From Callorhinchus milii (taxonomy: Eukaryota), in NCBI RefSeq assembly GCF_018977255.1, contig NW_024704743.1:94862001-94926000 (forward strand): a stretch of 64,000 nt of DNA, read 5' to 3'. The position numbers and the translations under genes were made by a program. Positions 1 to 12,458 of the stretch are shown piece after piece. The notes under the pieces were generated by a model. The model did no database searches and had not been told where the DNA came from. It was given only the letters and a program-made list of their open reading frames with translations. Numbering within the stretch: the first letter of the stretch is position 1; every line of letters begins with the position of its first letter.

Positions 1-589
1 ATACTAACAACTTTATACTGCCCATGGAGCTGCTTGCCAAAATTCAAGATAAGGTACCAACATCAGAGTATAAATACTGTAGAAGGCTTATACAGTAAGG
101 ATGAGTAACTGAGAAAAAAAGTGTTGAATTGCAAAAAAAGTTGAAGGGGGTAAGATTTTAGTTTTTGACTAAATGTTATGAAGCGAGAAGTCTAGCTTTA
201 GAAATGTCTCCTGATTAAGGAGATCTTTGCCAGATCTGCTGGAAATACAAATTTGGATTTCTGAAGGATTATGATGCAATACCATTCAATCACCTCTAAG
301 TACATGAACGCCAAAAGCTTTGCCTGTCGGCTATAACAACTTTTGGTAAATAAAGACAAAACCTGGATTGAGTAACTTGTCATTTTATAACTGGGATTTA
401 TTTAGAAAAATATTACTGATCATTTATGGTTTAGTATTAGATTTGTGATATGACAACAGAAATGTACCCTCTGAAAGTTCCAGTAATGTGTCTCTGATTT
501 TACATAAAATTTAGAATAACCATTTAAGAAGAGCTTTATCCCTATAGCTTCAAAAGAAAGGCTGATGTTTCTTACTCTTGGCTTTACAG

Positions 590-685
590 ATAGAAGATTG
601 GAAAGCTAAGTCAGCTGAAGCAAAATCTGAAACGAAAATTCAAAATGCTATTTGTAGTGAACTTCGCCAGGCCATTAAGTTTACG
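590..685 (+). CDS. CCDC178: Internal coding exon (96 nt, phase 0-0) of CCDC178-like coiled-coil protein: IEDWKAKSAEAKSETKIQNAICSELRQAIKFT
   Basis: Acceptor ctttacag, donor gtaagt, open frame, charged helical composition; joins the next exon in frame. Confidence 0.75.
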
Positions 686-699
686 GTAAGTGACTACTT

Positions 700-1115
700 T
701 TTTCCCCATTGTTGTTCCCCAATGCAGCTGAAACCCTTGTCCACACTTTCGACATCTCCTGCCTTGACTATTCCAATGCCCTCCTCATTGGTCTCCTCAG
801 CTCCACTGTCCACAAAATCCAACTAATTCAAATCTCCACTGCCCATATACACACCCACTCTAAACTCCATATCCCCATCATACCAGTCTTTGCCAGGCTT
901 CACTGGCTCTCTATGACAGAACAGATCGACTTCAAGATCAACTCACACTTGTCTACAAATCCCTTACACTGTTAAATCATGCCTGAAGACCTTCCTCTTC
1001 GACTTATGGCTACCTCCCCCTCCCGGTTCGGCATTCGGCTCCGCCCTGTTAAGTGCTCTGAAACTCTACCCTGTATGTAGGAACACTAAATAAATGCAAA
1101 TTATTGTTGTTGTTA
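700..1115 (+). mobile_element. L2-clade LINE 3' fragment
   Basis: Translates to AAETLVH...LDYSNALL...LHWL; (TTG)n tail. Confidence 0.85.
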
Positions 1116-2820
1116 TAATACTTATTCTATTAAGAACAGTATTCAATTATGTGAAATTAGTTGTATATAAATTTAGAACTACATGAAATGAGTTTAGGAC
1201 AGTTTCAATTCAGTTCTGAGTGAGTCCAGATCTAAAAATAGTACTAACATGTCATTCTCGTTCAAAAAGGCCACCAAACATTTTAAGCGCTCTGGGACAC
1301 TACCCTGCGTGAGTGTATAAATGCAAGTGAGTGCATAAATACAAGTTGTTGTTGTTGTTGATGTTGCTCTCCCTGATAAATGCTCACTTAGCATAGAGCA
1401 AAAAATTAATTAATTTAATAAGTACGGTTCAGTATTGCATCATGTGGTGCATTTACATAATGAGTCATTGAGGACGTTAAGAGTTTTTCACTTTCTTTAA
1501 AATTATCTTACATTGTAAAAGAGAATGTTTTATTTCCTTTGTTGAAGTCTGTGGAAAGACGATATGCATATTCAAAAATTCCCACCGGAGTGATTTACAC
1601 TTATCTATTGCCTAAATGCACCCTCTTAAATGGATCAGCTTTGAAGCAAAATGTATAGGATTTTTAAAGGACATTTTGATTTATTTCTTTAATATAATAA
1701 TAATCTTTACATTTGATAGCGCATTATCACGTCTTTGAGACGTCTCAACTCACTTCGCAGAATATACTGAAACATGAATTGACTATGTTTTGTGGACCAA
1801 AAAAAAAGAATCTTTGCATTTGGAATAGCGCCTTTCACTTCGGGAGGATGTCTTAAAGCGCCTCACAGGTTTCCTTGTAGGGACTTTGTGTTTTGTAGAT
1901 GATCGTCTACACGATGAAAGGGAACGGAAAAAGGAGAATCTACTTTTTGTCACTCACTTTATAAATCATTCTAAGCAACTTCTGTTTGAATTCTGTGTCT
2001 TATTGTATTAAAATGGATATTTGTTCTTAGCGATTAGTAAGATCACTTAGGTGGAACTACAAAGTACTGTTTCAATCCCTTACTCCATTTAGCATACTCT
2101 ATTCTTCATAACTATTTCCAGACCCTCTTGTTCATTTATTTATCTCTTTGTGTTGACAGAATAGTTTTGATTCGGAGAAACAACTGGTCTCACACAGCAA
2201 TAATGGTTGTAAACTCTACAGCATTCAGTTGATACCTTCTTTATGTAGCGGGCTCCTATGTAATCTTCCAATACAAACAAAATTCAAGTACCTTGAGGAA
2301 AAAAAGAAATCCTTGCCCTAAAAAAACCCATGAAGTGGGGGGAAGGGAATCATATACTACAGTATATTCTAGAAAATAGGATAGCTGAATACCAAATATT
2401 GTTCTCAGTTTGATGTCAGTGGCCTCAAAAGGGAATGCATGGGTTACTGTTCCAATGGCATACCTGGCTTTTGGTTCTTACAGGATGAGGAGCCCTATTC
2501 TAACAATCTGGTTGGGTTATCAACGTTAGCAGATGGGGTAATGGACTCCCATAGTGAATCTCTCAGACAACTTTTTCAACAGCTAAGGTTATTTAGATTG
2601 GTTATACATTTATTAAGAACAAAAGGCCAGATAAATAATAATAATTCTTGCATTTGATATAGCGCCTTATCACGTCTTCGAGACGTCTCAAAGCGCTTCA
2701 CAGAATATATTGTAAAGTGAATTGACTATATTTTTTGTGGGCGAAATAGACCTTGTTTAGGGAAGGGAATATATACTGAATGGCAATTTTTTCACGAAGC
2801 AGAGGGATTTGGGGGTGCAT

Positions 2821-3177
2821 AATAATAATAATCCTTGCGTTTGATGTAGCGTCTTATCATGTCGTTGAGACATCTCAAAGTACTTCACAGAATATATTGT
2901 AAACTGTGTATTTTGTGGGAGAAATGGAGCAGCCAATTGTGCACAGCAGTATCTCGCAAACAATCATGGGATTGAGTGTCCAAATTTTTATTAATTTATT
3001 TATTTTGAGGAATTATTACCCCCGGAAAGCAATCCACCAATCGACTAACAACTGGGTTTGTACCTGCTGCTAGATAAACAGAAGCGTGTGGAGTAAGGAA
3101 ACCTGCCTAAGGGAATCAAACCTGATTCATCTCGCTTGTGAGGCGAGCGCGCCAACCACTATGCTACGGGCTTCCAC
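2821..3177 (-). mobile_element. tRNA-derived SINE, near full length
   Basis: tRNA-like head at the right end, family body, (ATT)n tail at the left end. Confidence 0.85.
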
Positions 3178-3361
3178 ATTTATTTCTTGAATATAATAAT
3201 CCTCGCATTTGAATCCTTGAATTGCAAGTGAATCCCTGCATAAGTCTTGCCCACAAAACATAGTCAACTCACTTTACTGTATATTCTGTGAAGGGGTTTG
3301 AGACGTCTTGAAGATGTGATAAGGCGCTATATCAAATGCAAGGGTTATTATTATTAATTCC

Positions 3362-4007
3362 GTGAAAGAGGCAGCAAAAGTGGTAAGGGCTATGAATAAA
3401 GCTAATGGTATTCTGGGCTTTATACATAGAGGCATGGAGTAAAGTAAAGCAATAATGCTAAGTTTGTACAAATCATTGGTTACATTGCAACAGGAATACA
3501 GTTGGGGGCACCTCATATTAAGAAGAATGTTAAGGCCTTGGGGAGATGCAGAGGAGGTTTATGAGAATGATAGTAGGGATAAAGGGTGTTAGTTAATAGG
3601 AGAGATTGGAAACATTGAGTCTGGTTTCATTGAAAGTTGAGATGGGATCCTGAAAAAGATGTACAAAATTATGAGGGGTTTTGACAGGGTGAATAGGGAG
3701 AAACTATTTCCACTGTTATGGGAATCAGTAATACTTGACATAGATTTAAGCCAGCCACAAGAAGAATAAAAGGAGAGCCAGGACATTTTTTTTCAATCAG
3801 AGTTTTGGGTGTTTTTTGGTGTGCTCTGACAGATGGTAGATGCAGAGTCTATTGTGGGTTTCAAGAGGGAAGTAGACAGCTTATATGACATTAGAGGCTT
3901 GAAGGTGTATAGGGATAGGGCAGGGTAGGGGGAGTGAATGTGCAGCTGGTGCAAACTCAATGGCCCGAATGACCACCTTCTGTGCTGCAAATTTCTATGG
4001 TTCTATG
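3362..4007 (+). mobile_element. CR1-clade LINE 3' fragment
   Basis: KANGILGFIHRG, LYKSLV, EKLFP motifs; ends in a ttctatggttctatg repeat. Confidence 0.85.
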
Positions 4008-4305
4008 AAATAATGGGTCACTAAGTCCACTTGCTGGCACAGTTCATGAACTGTCAGTATATGTGCCACCTAGCTATAAATAATGTTTAGCACCACTTTC
4101 TTTACAGTTGGCCAAAAATTATGCTTTTTTTGTCCACCTAAAATGTAACTGCTCCAGTTGAGTTGTTGGAACATGATCTTTTTATTTTACATGTAATATG
4201 TGTAATAATATGTGTAGACTTAAAGAATTGGTTGCTGATTATCATTCTTGTGGGTACGTTTTGCTTTAACTCTTGTGTGTTTTTATCTGATTTAATTTGA
4301 TGTAG

Positions 4306-4442
4306 AGAAGTGCTGGTGACTCTGAATTGTTGAAAAAAAAGGAAGAATATAGGAGAAAACTTAATGAGCTTGAAGATATGCTAAACCAGAGCAAGCAACT
4401 TCAATCAGAGATAGAAAATCTTTCTGAAAAAATTAAGCAAAG
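4306..4442 (+). CDS. CCDC178: Coding exon (137 nt, phase 0-2): RSAGDSELLKKKEEYRRKLNELEDMLNQSKQLQSEIENLSEKIKQ
   Basis: Acceptor tgatgtag, donor gtatta; heptad-like E/K/L-rich frame; phase matches flanking exons. Confidence 0.8.
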
Positions 4443-4537
4443 GTATTAAAAAACAAATTACCTATTATTCACCCATAATAATTCATGAAGCCTTATCCAT
4501 AGTGTTTTAAATTCTAAGTATAATTTTCTTATTGAAG

Positions 4538-4721
4538 TCAGGACATGAAAGATAAAGATGATAAAGAAATTCACGACAAACAAACAAGTATTCAGAACAA
4601 CAATGAACAAAGAAATCATCTGAGGGAACAGCTCACCCAAGTGGCGAGGCTTCACAATAAAGTCAAGATAAAAATGGAGCAAACAAAAGTAGAAATAAAG
4701 ATGCAGGAACAGCGTTCAAAG
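4538..4721 (+). CDS. CCDC178: Coding exon (184 nt, phase 2-0): (S)QDMKDKDDKEIHDKQ...VEIKMQEQRSK
   Basis: Acceptor ttcttattgaag, donor gttagt. The 61 residues line up without gaps with the recalled human CCDC178 segment IRKKSKYESEI...AEVRRKFK. Confidence 0.8.
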
Positions 4722-5438
4722 GTTAGTGAATGCATTGAATGGGAAGTATTTAAACAGGACACAAAAAGCATTAATTTCTCATTTCTTTGCCAGATACAGG
4801 CTAACTCTGTTATAAAGCAGTGTCTTGTAGACCAAGAGTGGTTCTTTTCCAACTTCCAGCTAGTCAACCAGAACTGCATATAAGTGTTTCGGGTGATACA
4901 AGTATTTGCGTCTGACCAGCCAGCTTCCTGCAATCCGCAATCACATCTGACAACTGGAAGTAGGATTGCTGGACTTTCTTTTGTTGACTATTATAACACG
5001 GGGTCCAATTTTATGGACCAGAGCCAATGGAGTCACCCTGCATTATTCTAAAATAACTTTGAAAGTAAAATGTTAAATTCAAAAAGCCATTATAGAAGTT
5101 AAGAATCCTAAAATGGGGTCCCTGAAATAATAAAAGAGGTAGCCTAATGGACTGTGAGAAGCCATTCTCCCAAAGCATTAACCCTAAGTGCTTAGATTTT
5201 GAAAGTGGATGGGAGAAGCTATGAGCTATGAGGTTTTTAAAGAAGATTTAGGTTTGCAGAATTAATAGAAAAGTTGTTAATTGGATTCAGTTGCCTATTT
5301 ATGTAATTTAAAGTATGTAATGATGAAAAAGGACCTCTCTAGGAGGCACTGATTTGTAATTCTTTAAGATATCTTCTTTAGCCCCTGCTGTTCCCTCTTG
5401 CTGTAGAGTCATGAGGATGAGCTAAGGGTTATTATAAG

Positions 5439-5806
5439 GTGGAGTCCTGTAGCTCAGTGGTTAGAGCACCCGACTCGCAAGCGAGAGACCTGGGTTCGAT
5501 TCCCAGCAGGGTGAAATGGTGGGCAAGTTTCCTTACTCCACAAGTGTCTGTTTACCTAGCAGTAAATTAGGAGCCTGGTTGTTAGTCAATTGGCGGATCA
5601 CTTTTCCGGGATAATAATTCCTTCAAAAAAAATTACGTCGGTCACTTCAATCCATGACTGTTTGTGGAATACTGCTGTGCCCAATTGGCTGCCACGTTTC
5701 GTCCACAGAATATACAGTCAATTCATTTTACAGTATATTCTGTGAATCGCTTTGAGACGTCTCGAAGACATGTTAAGGCGCTACATGAAATGCAAGTATT
5801 ATTATT
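5439..5806 (+). mobile_element. tRNA-derived SINE, full length, L2-type tail
   Basis: A box TAGCTCAGTGG, B box GGTTCGATTCC, family body, tail aaatgcaag(tat)n. Confidence 0.9.
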
Positions 5807-5984
5807 AATAACACACTGAAATGGTAAGAAAACAGTAAATCTAGACCCAGGTGGAATTTCTTTCCAGATACTCGTGGGAAAAGTTGTATGGACACTTTAT
5901 AAAGAGCATCCAACCAGCAATCCATCATCACTCAAATGTATTTTCTTAGCACTTAAGGAATTTAGCAAATTGTTATAATCTTAA

Positions 5985-6140
5985 TCGTCTCATCTTAATT
6001 TTGAAGCAGTTTTTCTGTAATTATTAAAAGCATTTGCAGAAAACTTCAAAATTAAAATTGTAAGAACTTGCCAAATTCTAGATGCTCCAAGATGCTAAGT
6101 AAATAGACAAAATTTAGTTTTAGGTGGCATTTCAGCCCCA
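5985..6140. repeat. Palindromic MITE-like repeat (also 29695-29852 and 43775-43940)
   Basis: Internal inverted core ttaa.tttgaag...tttctgtaa / gaaaa..cttcaaaattaa and shared end aaatctaga..ggtggaatttc. Confidence 0.6.
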
Positions 6141-6356
6141 TGTTCTCTTCTAGTGCAGTGGCATATGTATGATGCTTTTCCATTTTCAAGAAAGCATGCA
6201 AAACAAGTAATCCCACTATCTATTCATGCTTGAGGCTTGTTAATTTCAAATGTATAACTTCCACCTCTGTACTGGTAGATCTTTGTTATAATCGGTGATT
6301 GCTGTTTTCACTGGCATGAATCTCATCTCTAATTCTGATGCATATTTATTCCACAG

Positions 6357-6419
6357 ATCCACATAGAGAACTTGAAGAGAAAAATTAGAGAAGAAATAGG
6401 AGTACGAATAAAGCTTCAG
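6357..6419 (+). CDS. CCDC178: Coding exon (63 nt, phase 0-0): IHIENLKRKIREEIGVRIKLQ
   Basis: Acceptor ttccacag, donor gtaaag; 21 aa, matching the recalled human GREEFLKKLTQGEVAAGMVLQ in length and pattern. Confidence 0.8.
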
Positions 6420-6504
6420 GTAAAGGGTCCATGTTGTCCTACTTTGCTGGAGATGATATTGACGAAACAAAGTTAGAGACTCTTCAACCATTTAGAATCT
6501 TAAT

Positions 6505-6750
6505 ACCTAAAATTCCTTGTATTCTTAGCCTGTAAATCCAATTTGTATTCAAATTTAAGATGTCACAAAACTATGAAAAATTCTTAATTTTAATCTTAAT
6601 TTGGAAGGTAGTTTTCCACATTTCTGCTTAAAAGAATGGCTTCTATATTAATACTGAAATAATGAATTTGCCACAATTTTGTATAAACTTAAATTTGAAG
6701 ACAAATTGAACGTGCATGGTATGAGTAGGAGCTGAGTTAGAATTTCAGTC
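6505..6750. repeat. Second palindromic MITE-like repeat (related copy at 57990-58192)
   Basis: Arms caatttgtattcaaatttaag / cttaaatttgaagacaaattg. Confidence 0.55.
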
Positions 6751-7113
6751 CTGTAGATTGCTTGTAGGAAAGAAAGAAACCATTCGGATCATAGTGCCTT
6801 TGCTTACCCCACTCTCGTCACTGCTTCATTTTACCCATAACCTTAAATATAATTTTTCTCTCAAGTATTCATTCACTTCCTTTTTTAGATGCTGTTAAGG
6901 ACTAAAAATTCCCTTTTAAGCATTACGTTATTGCCACCTGCCATGTTATTTATATATATATGTCACATAAAATGTCATATTATGAGTATCTTTCAAGTGT
7001 GTTGTGGTAAGTCTGGTGAATGGCATGGTTTGTCTTGAAGTTCAAATGATTAGAAATAATCTTTTAAAATGCTTTAAATTGTTCTTTGGTGTTTCTGTAT
7101 TTTCCAAATGTAG

Positions 7114-7275
7114 GCCAAAGTGCTGTTAGATAATGCAGAACTGGACGAATTTCAAAACAATGCCAATATGAAGAGCGCTACTGTTATGAAGGGTATTAAA
7201 CAAGCAGAAAAAATTGTTGCAGCAGCTGAATCCAAGTTTAAAAAAATATCAGATGAACATGAGAAATTGCATGCG
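7114..7275 (+). CDS. CCDC178: Coding exon (162 nt, phase 0-0): AKVLLDNAELDEFQ...ISDEHEKLHA
   Basis: Acceptor tttccaaatgtag, donor gtaagt; open coiled-coil frame. Confidence 0.8.
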
Positions 7276-7319
7276 GTAAGTTTCTTACAAATTTGTAGGT
7301 AGTACATAATTGGTGTCTT

Positions 7320-8400
7320 ACAATACAATACATTTGTAAGGCACCTTTCATATCGGGAGGACGTTCCAAACAGTCAGGGATTAGGACCCGAGCGGGGGTG
7401 GGGGGCAGGTATCAGGAAGGGTGGAGGGCAGTGAGGGTGGCCGAAGGCACGGTCAAAGAGGAGTATCTTGAGGCGTGCCTTGAAGGAGACAAGGGAGGGA
7501 GCGAGACAAAGGGAATGTGAGATGGAGTTCCTGAGGGTGGGGGCAGACAAACTGAAGGCCAACCGCGGGCAGTCTGGGTGGGGGTGACATAGAGCAGGGC
7601 CTGCTGAATGGAGGGAGCGGACAGGTTGATAAGAAGTTAGCAGGTCAGAGAGGTAGGAAGGGGCAAGGCCATGGAGCGCCTTGAAGGTGAGGATGAGAAT
7701 TTTTAATTCTATCCTCTGAGGGATGGGAAGCCAGTGGAGCCGGGTGAGGGTGGGTATGATGGTGTCATGGAGCTTCTGCAGCTTGTGGAGAGAAGAGTGG
7801 GGAAGACTACAGCAGGGCGTTGACATAATTGAGCCTGGATGTAATGAAGGCATGTATGAGGGTTTTGGCAGCCTGAGGGGTGAGGCAGTGACGGAGTCAG
7901 GCAATGTTGCGGAGGTGGGGAAAGCCAGAGCGAATCATAGTACAAATGTGGAGGCGAAAGGACAGTTGAGATGTCTAGGGTGTTGACTGGCTCGGTGAGG
8001 TGGAGCGTGCATCCGTGGATGCTGATGCTGAGGTGTGGAGGCGCGGGCGCGAGCCAATCAGGAGGGCCGCGGTCTTGCTGACGTTCAACTGTAAAAAGTT
8101 GGGTCTCATCCAGGACTTGTTGTCTGACAGACATTCTGTCAGGACTGCAGTGGTCCTGGGGTAGAGGGTGGAGACAGAGAGATAGAGTTGTGTGTCATCA
8201 GCATACATGTGAAAGTTGACCCCATGTCTGCGGATGATGTCACCAAGAGGGAGCATGTACAGGTTGATGAGGAGAGGACAGAACCATGAGGAACATTGCA
8301 CGAGTTGGTGCGGGGTCTAGATGAGAAGCCGTTTGTGGAGCCAAAGTGGAGCCAGTGTGAGAGATAGGTTCTGAACCATCCAAGGACAGAACCGTTTCTA
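7320..8400 (-). mobile_element. L2-clade LINE 3' fragment with reverse transcriptase remnant
   Basis: [56 protein letters not shown]; frameshifted. Confidence 0.92.
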
Positions 8401-8669
8401 AAACCGTTCCAATGACTGGAAAAGCCATATTTGTGTTTGAGCAGCTCTATATTCATGAATTTGGTCTGGTCTGGAAATTGTCTGGAATCTGATTCTGGTG
8501 AAAAATATGGTATTGATGAAATGCTGCTAAAAACTCACTGGAATTCTGATCTTCGAGGGTTGGCTCTGGATCAACTTCCCAGTTGATTTTTTGGGGGTCA
8601 GCCAGGTATCTGATATATGCGGAAACTCATCACCATGCTTAGGAGTATCCAAATGAAACTGAGAATTCC

Positions 8670-9110
8670 ATTCATACTTACCTATTTCCGGAAAGTATTA
8701 GGTGCAGGTTGGCAAGAGCCAAGGCTTGGGGACCCTAGATGGTGTGTTGGGGTACTGCTGGAATCTTACCAGCTAAAACCGCATAGTTGGCAATTAATAT
8801 TGCTGTCTGGCAAGCTTTCCCACTGCTTGTCCAGCTAGGACCACCCTACCCATTAGGGCTTTGGCTCGCGGGGTTAACAGGAGCTGAGTGGGATGACTGC
8901 CTGCCCCCAGTGACTGATCTGCTCTTCCAGGTCATGCTGATATGCCAGGCTGGTTTAGCTGTCATCAGCAGTGCTATGCAATACTGTGGATTTGCCTGGC
9001 TCAGGAACAGGACTGCTGAGCCCGCCCCGGAGGGCTGGCTCGATTCCGACATTCCGTTGCCAAGCGTATCACCTTGGAGCCAGTTCAGCTCCAAGGAGAC
9101 CCCCACTTAC
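8670..9110. repeat. Unclassified interspersed repeat (also 25030-25505, 35690-35870, 55890-56190, and inverted at 41540-41820)
   Basis: Shared ordered blocks tacttaccta.tt, ggttggcaagagccaa, accagctaaaac and cttggag.cagttcagctc. Confidence 0.75.
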
Positions 9111-10149
9111 TCCTCTGTTGATCCAAAGCATAATTTCCATTTAAATAAATGCAGCTGCTCCTGGACAAATGTGCTGCTTCCATATAGCTGATTTTAACCA
9201 AAGATTGCTGGAAAATAGGAGATTAAAATTGTGTGTCTCACTGCTGCCCAAAATTGAGTAACTTACACTGCAGATAATAAAATGTAGTTACAACTATATT
9301 ATTTTCATACAGTAGTACTTTGAACAGAAAGTGTTCATCATAGTTTCCTTGCCTTTTTTTAAAAAAATAATGTCGCACGTGCAACGATTCCAAATGATAA
9401 ACGTTGAACTGAAGCTTACAAGTGAAATTGGACATTTTAAAAAAAATTGGGTGGGACAACCTAAACATTTTGGAAAAAAGCAGTTTTTGATATGCAAAAC
9501 CAAACCTAGAAGCATTTAGTGGGCGTTCTGTCAAGTCAAGATGGATTCAATGTGTCATTGCTTTCCTGAGATGCGAAATATTATGACAGTGTATTTATAG
9601 CCAGTACCGCTGTATTAATGCACTGAACTACAGCAGCTCAATGTTCATAGCAGATAGCATTTTAAAACAACAGTTTGATGTCAATGAAGGATGCTGATAG
9701 CCCTCCAATATGGCAAGAAAAACTGAAACTGCGACTGTTATCATTCCTCACTTTGAGACTTGGAAGGTGTGGTAAAAGTCATGTATCATAGTGCATACTC
9801 GTACATCTTAGATTTGTTAAAAGTGACAGTACTGCTTTTCGGCAACCTGTAGTGATTGGAGAATTAAAAAATAAAGTGGATACATTATTAAGCTCTGTCA
9901 AAAGAAGCAAATTGTTACAGACAATGACATTCAGTAAAACCTGCATACGTTTTATCTTTATAAATCATATAATTGCCTAAGTACATTAACCTGATTCCCA
10001 TTCAGTTTCCTATCAAAACCACATATACTTTTTCCAGGACGCATATTAATTACCTCCTAACTCGTATAGCCACTCTCTCTATCCTCTATTACTCCCACAT
10101 TTACTGGCTGCCTTGAATCACGGGAAATGACTGGAATCTCCCATGACTT

Positions 10150-10864
10150 GGGGCAATAGAAAAATGCAGCCGCAATTTTTCTGTGGAATCCACTGTAAGC
10201 AGCCCCCTCCGCTGTAAATCTGTAAAAATAATTAAGTTTCCTCAGTGCCTGGGCATCTTTGTGCTGCTGCCGGCTGTTTACTTGGCATTACTATGGGCGG
10301 AGTGGCTCCGGATGCACTTGTGCGATGCGAGCGTAAATGGGCTTCTAAATCTATGTCTCCTCTATATGTGTGTCTCTCTAGATTTGTGTTTATGAGTGTC
10401 TCTGTGTGAATGTGTCTGTGTCTCTCTCCCCTCTGTATCTGTGTGCATTTGTGAGTGTATGTCTCTGTCTGTGAGTGTTTGTCTCTGTGTCTACGAGTGT
10501 GAGTCTGTGTATGTCTCTCTCTCTCTCAGCATGTGTGTCTGTGTATGTTTGTGTCTCTGTGAGCAGGTATCTGTGAGTCTGTGTGCGATGGCGGGTCCCG
10601 AGAGGCAGGAGTTAGTGACCTCCTTGTGTATCCCCCGTGCGCACCTCCCACCGAGTGGGCCACCCAGATTTTGTTGAAGAATAATTTTTTTTGCAACAAT
10701 CTAACATGTGTTATTTCTTCAGGTCTATTTTTTTTAATCAATGAAGTCGAAAAATATAGGTTGGCAGTAAAATGTACCTCAATCTACTCCCCGCAATTTT
10801 CTGCAAAATTTATCAAATTTCCTCACAATTTTTGGCAAATATTTCTGCAATTTTCTATTGGCCC
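10150..10864. mobile_element. MITE/non-autonomous DNA transposon with 20-bp TIRs and an internal TG/TC microsatellite
   Basis: ggggcaatagaaaaatgcag versus the reverse complement of ctgcaattttctattggccc (18/20 match). Confidence 0.7.
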
Positions 10865-11032
10865 TGCTCATAAACTGCCACCAAATTAAACTTTAATTAT
10901 TTAGATTATGTGTAAGTATTAAAAATGGTTGTGCTTAGATTTATAATCCTTTGGGATAGTACTTACCAAAAATATAAAATGAAATCTATATTCAAAAGAC
11001 TGACATTTCTTTCTTCTGTGATTTTTTTGTAG

Positions 11033-11146
11033 GACTATGTGTCAATTAGCAGTACATACAATAAACTCCAAAAAAGACACCAATTCATAAAAGAACATCT
11101 GGGGAAACGAAGGGATCGTTTGCAAGCACAACTGACAGATGATTCG
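11033..11146 (+). CDS. CCDC178: Coding exon (114 nt, phase 0-0): DYVSISSTYNKLQKRHQFIKEHLGKRRDRLQAQLTDDS
   Basis: Acceptor tttttttgtag, donor gtaagc; in frame with neighbours. Confidence 0.78.
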
Positions 11147-11923
11147 GTAAGCTTGTGCAGTAAAACTGCAAATACATGCCTGCCACTTGCCACACTGATC
11201 AGCAGATGGCATCATTTTAAGAATGATATCTACAAGTTAGGTTACAAAACTTTATGCAATCATTCAGTTGACTATAAATAATATTTTTTCTTTGCATATT
11301 GTTGTGAATATAAATAAAATATAAATGTTGTAGAATTTCAATATTTGTCTGTTAATTTGAAGCATAAATTGAATAAATATAAACAAATTGGATGTTTATT
11401 GAGGAAAAAACTATCAGTGAATGTCACACCTATGCGAGAGAGAAAGGGTGCAGGATCCCATATGGTGGGTCTCCAGGGTGGAAGGGGCAGAGGTCAAAAA
11501 CCTCATCCACTCACGTCTCCACTCACTGTAGAAGTGCATTGCTTGTACATCACGAAACACCAACTTGCAAAGGTGTCTTGCCTTGCTTCATTTCTCCCTT
11601 GTTTAGCATTCTACCAAATGGAATCCCATCATCTAACTTACCCTTTGATGTGCTGCCATCAGTGTGCAGCTGCATTGCTTGCTGCAGAATTGTAATTTCA
11701 TGTGGATTCTGAGGCTTTTGGGAGGTGGAGGATTCTGCCATTGTTCTCCTAAGTCATCCTCTTCTTGTTTCTCCTCTGCTATATATTCTTCATTTCCTCC
11801 TCCTTTTCCTTCTCTGGAGGAATAACGCTGCTGATGTTCTCTTCATGTATGTTACTGTTGCAGAGGTCCGCAAACTGCTTGTAGTGGCTGTGAGTCTGAA
11901 AGGTAGAAATGAGAAGTTCCATT

Positions 11924-11964
11924 AAATAAATAAATAAACAAACAAACAAACAAACAAACAAACA
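11924..11964 (+). repeat. (TAAA)n(CAAA)n microsatellite
   Basis: Direct reading. Confidence 0.95.
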
Positions 11965-12458
11965 ATCCTTTCCATTTAACGTAGATACTTTTATGTCAGG
12001 ATAATGTTTTAAAGTGCTTCAGGGGATTTACTGTAAAGTGCAGTGACTGTGTACTATGAAGGTGAATGTGTATATTTCAGGGTACCTCCAGATTAACAAT
12101 CCAGATGTATCCTATTGAATTATAGAATATTACAACAACAACAAGATTACACTTGTATAGCGCCTTTCACGTCGGGAGGATGTCCCAAGGCACTGGTAGG
12201 AGGAGAGCAGAGAAGGAGGACATTCGGCCTATCATGCCTGTGCCGGCTCTTTGGAAGAGCTACACAATCAGTCCCACTCCCCCGCTCTTTCCTCATACCC
12301 CTTTGAAGGGTATGGGGAAAGTTATTATGGAAGATTATTTGAAGGTTATTATGGAAGTAAAACAAAGGCACAACTTTCATAATTACACATAAGGACCATT
12401 AAAGCCAGTGTTTATTCCGATTTTTTTGTGGGTGGTGCGTGAGGCTCTATACTTTCTC

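Noticed and set aside
1..53. Possible end of an upstream CCDC178 exon (TNNFILPMELLAKIQDK|gtacca)
   Set aside because: Weak donor, acceptor outside the window, and the sequence loosely resembles the repeat at 57391-57440; cannot be supported.
5439..5515. tRNA gene
   Set aside because: The head continues into SINE body and tail with no oligo-T terminator; the same applies to the other copies.
7374..8456. Overlapping ORFs of 100-176 aa
   Set aside because: Frameshifted L2 reverse transcriptase remnants and their alternative frames, not host genes.
8674..8683. ATACTTACCT resembling the U1 snRNA 5' end
   Set aside because: No further U1 similarity; it is a block of the unclassified repeat.
10183..10889. 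Cys/Val/Ser-rich ORFs
   Set aside because: Translations of a TG/TC microsatellite inside a MITE.
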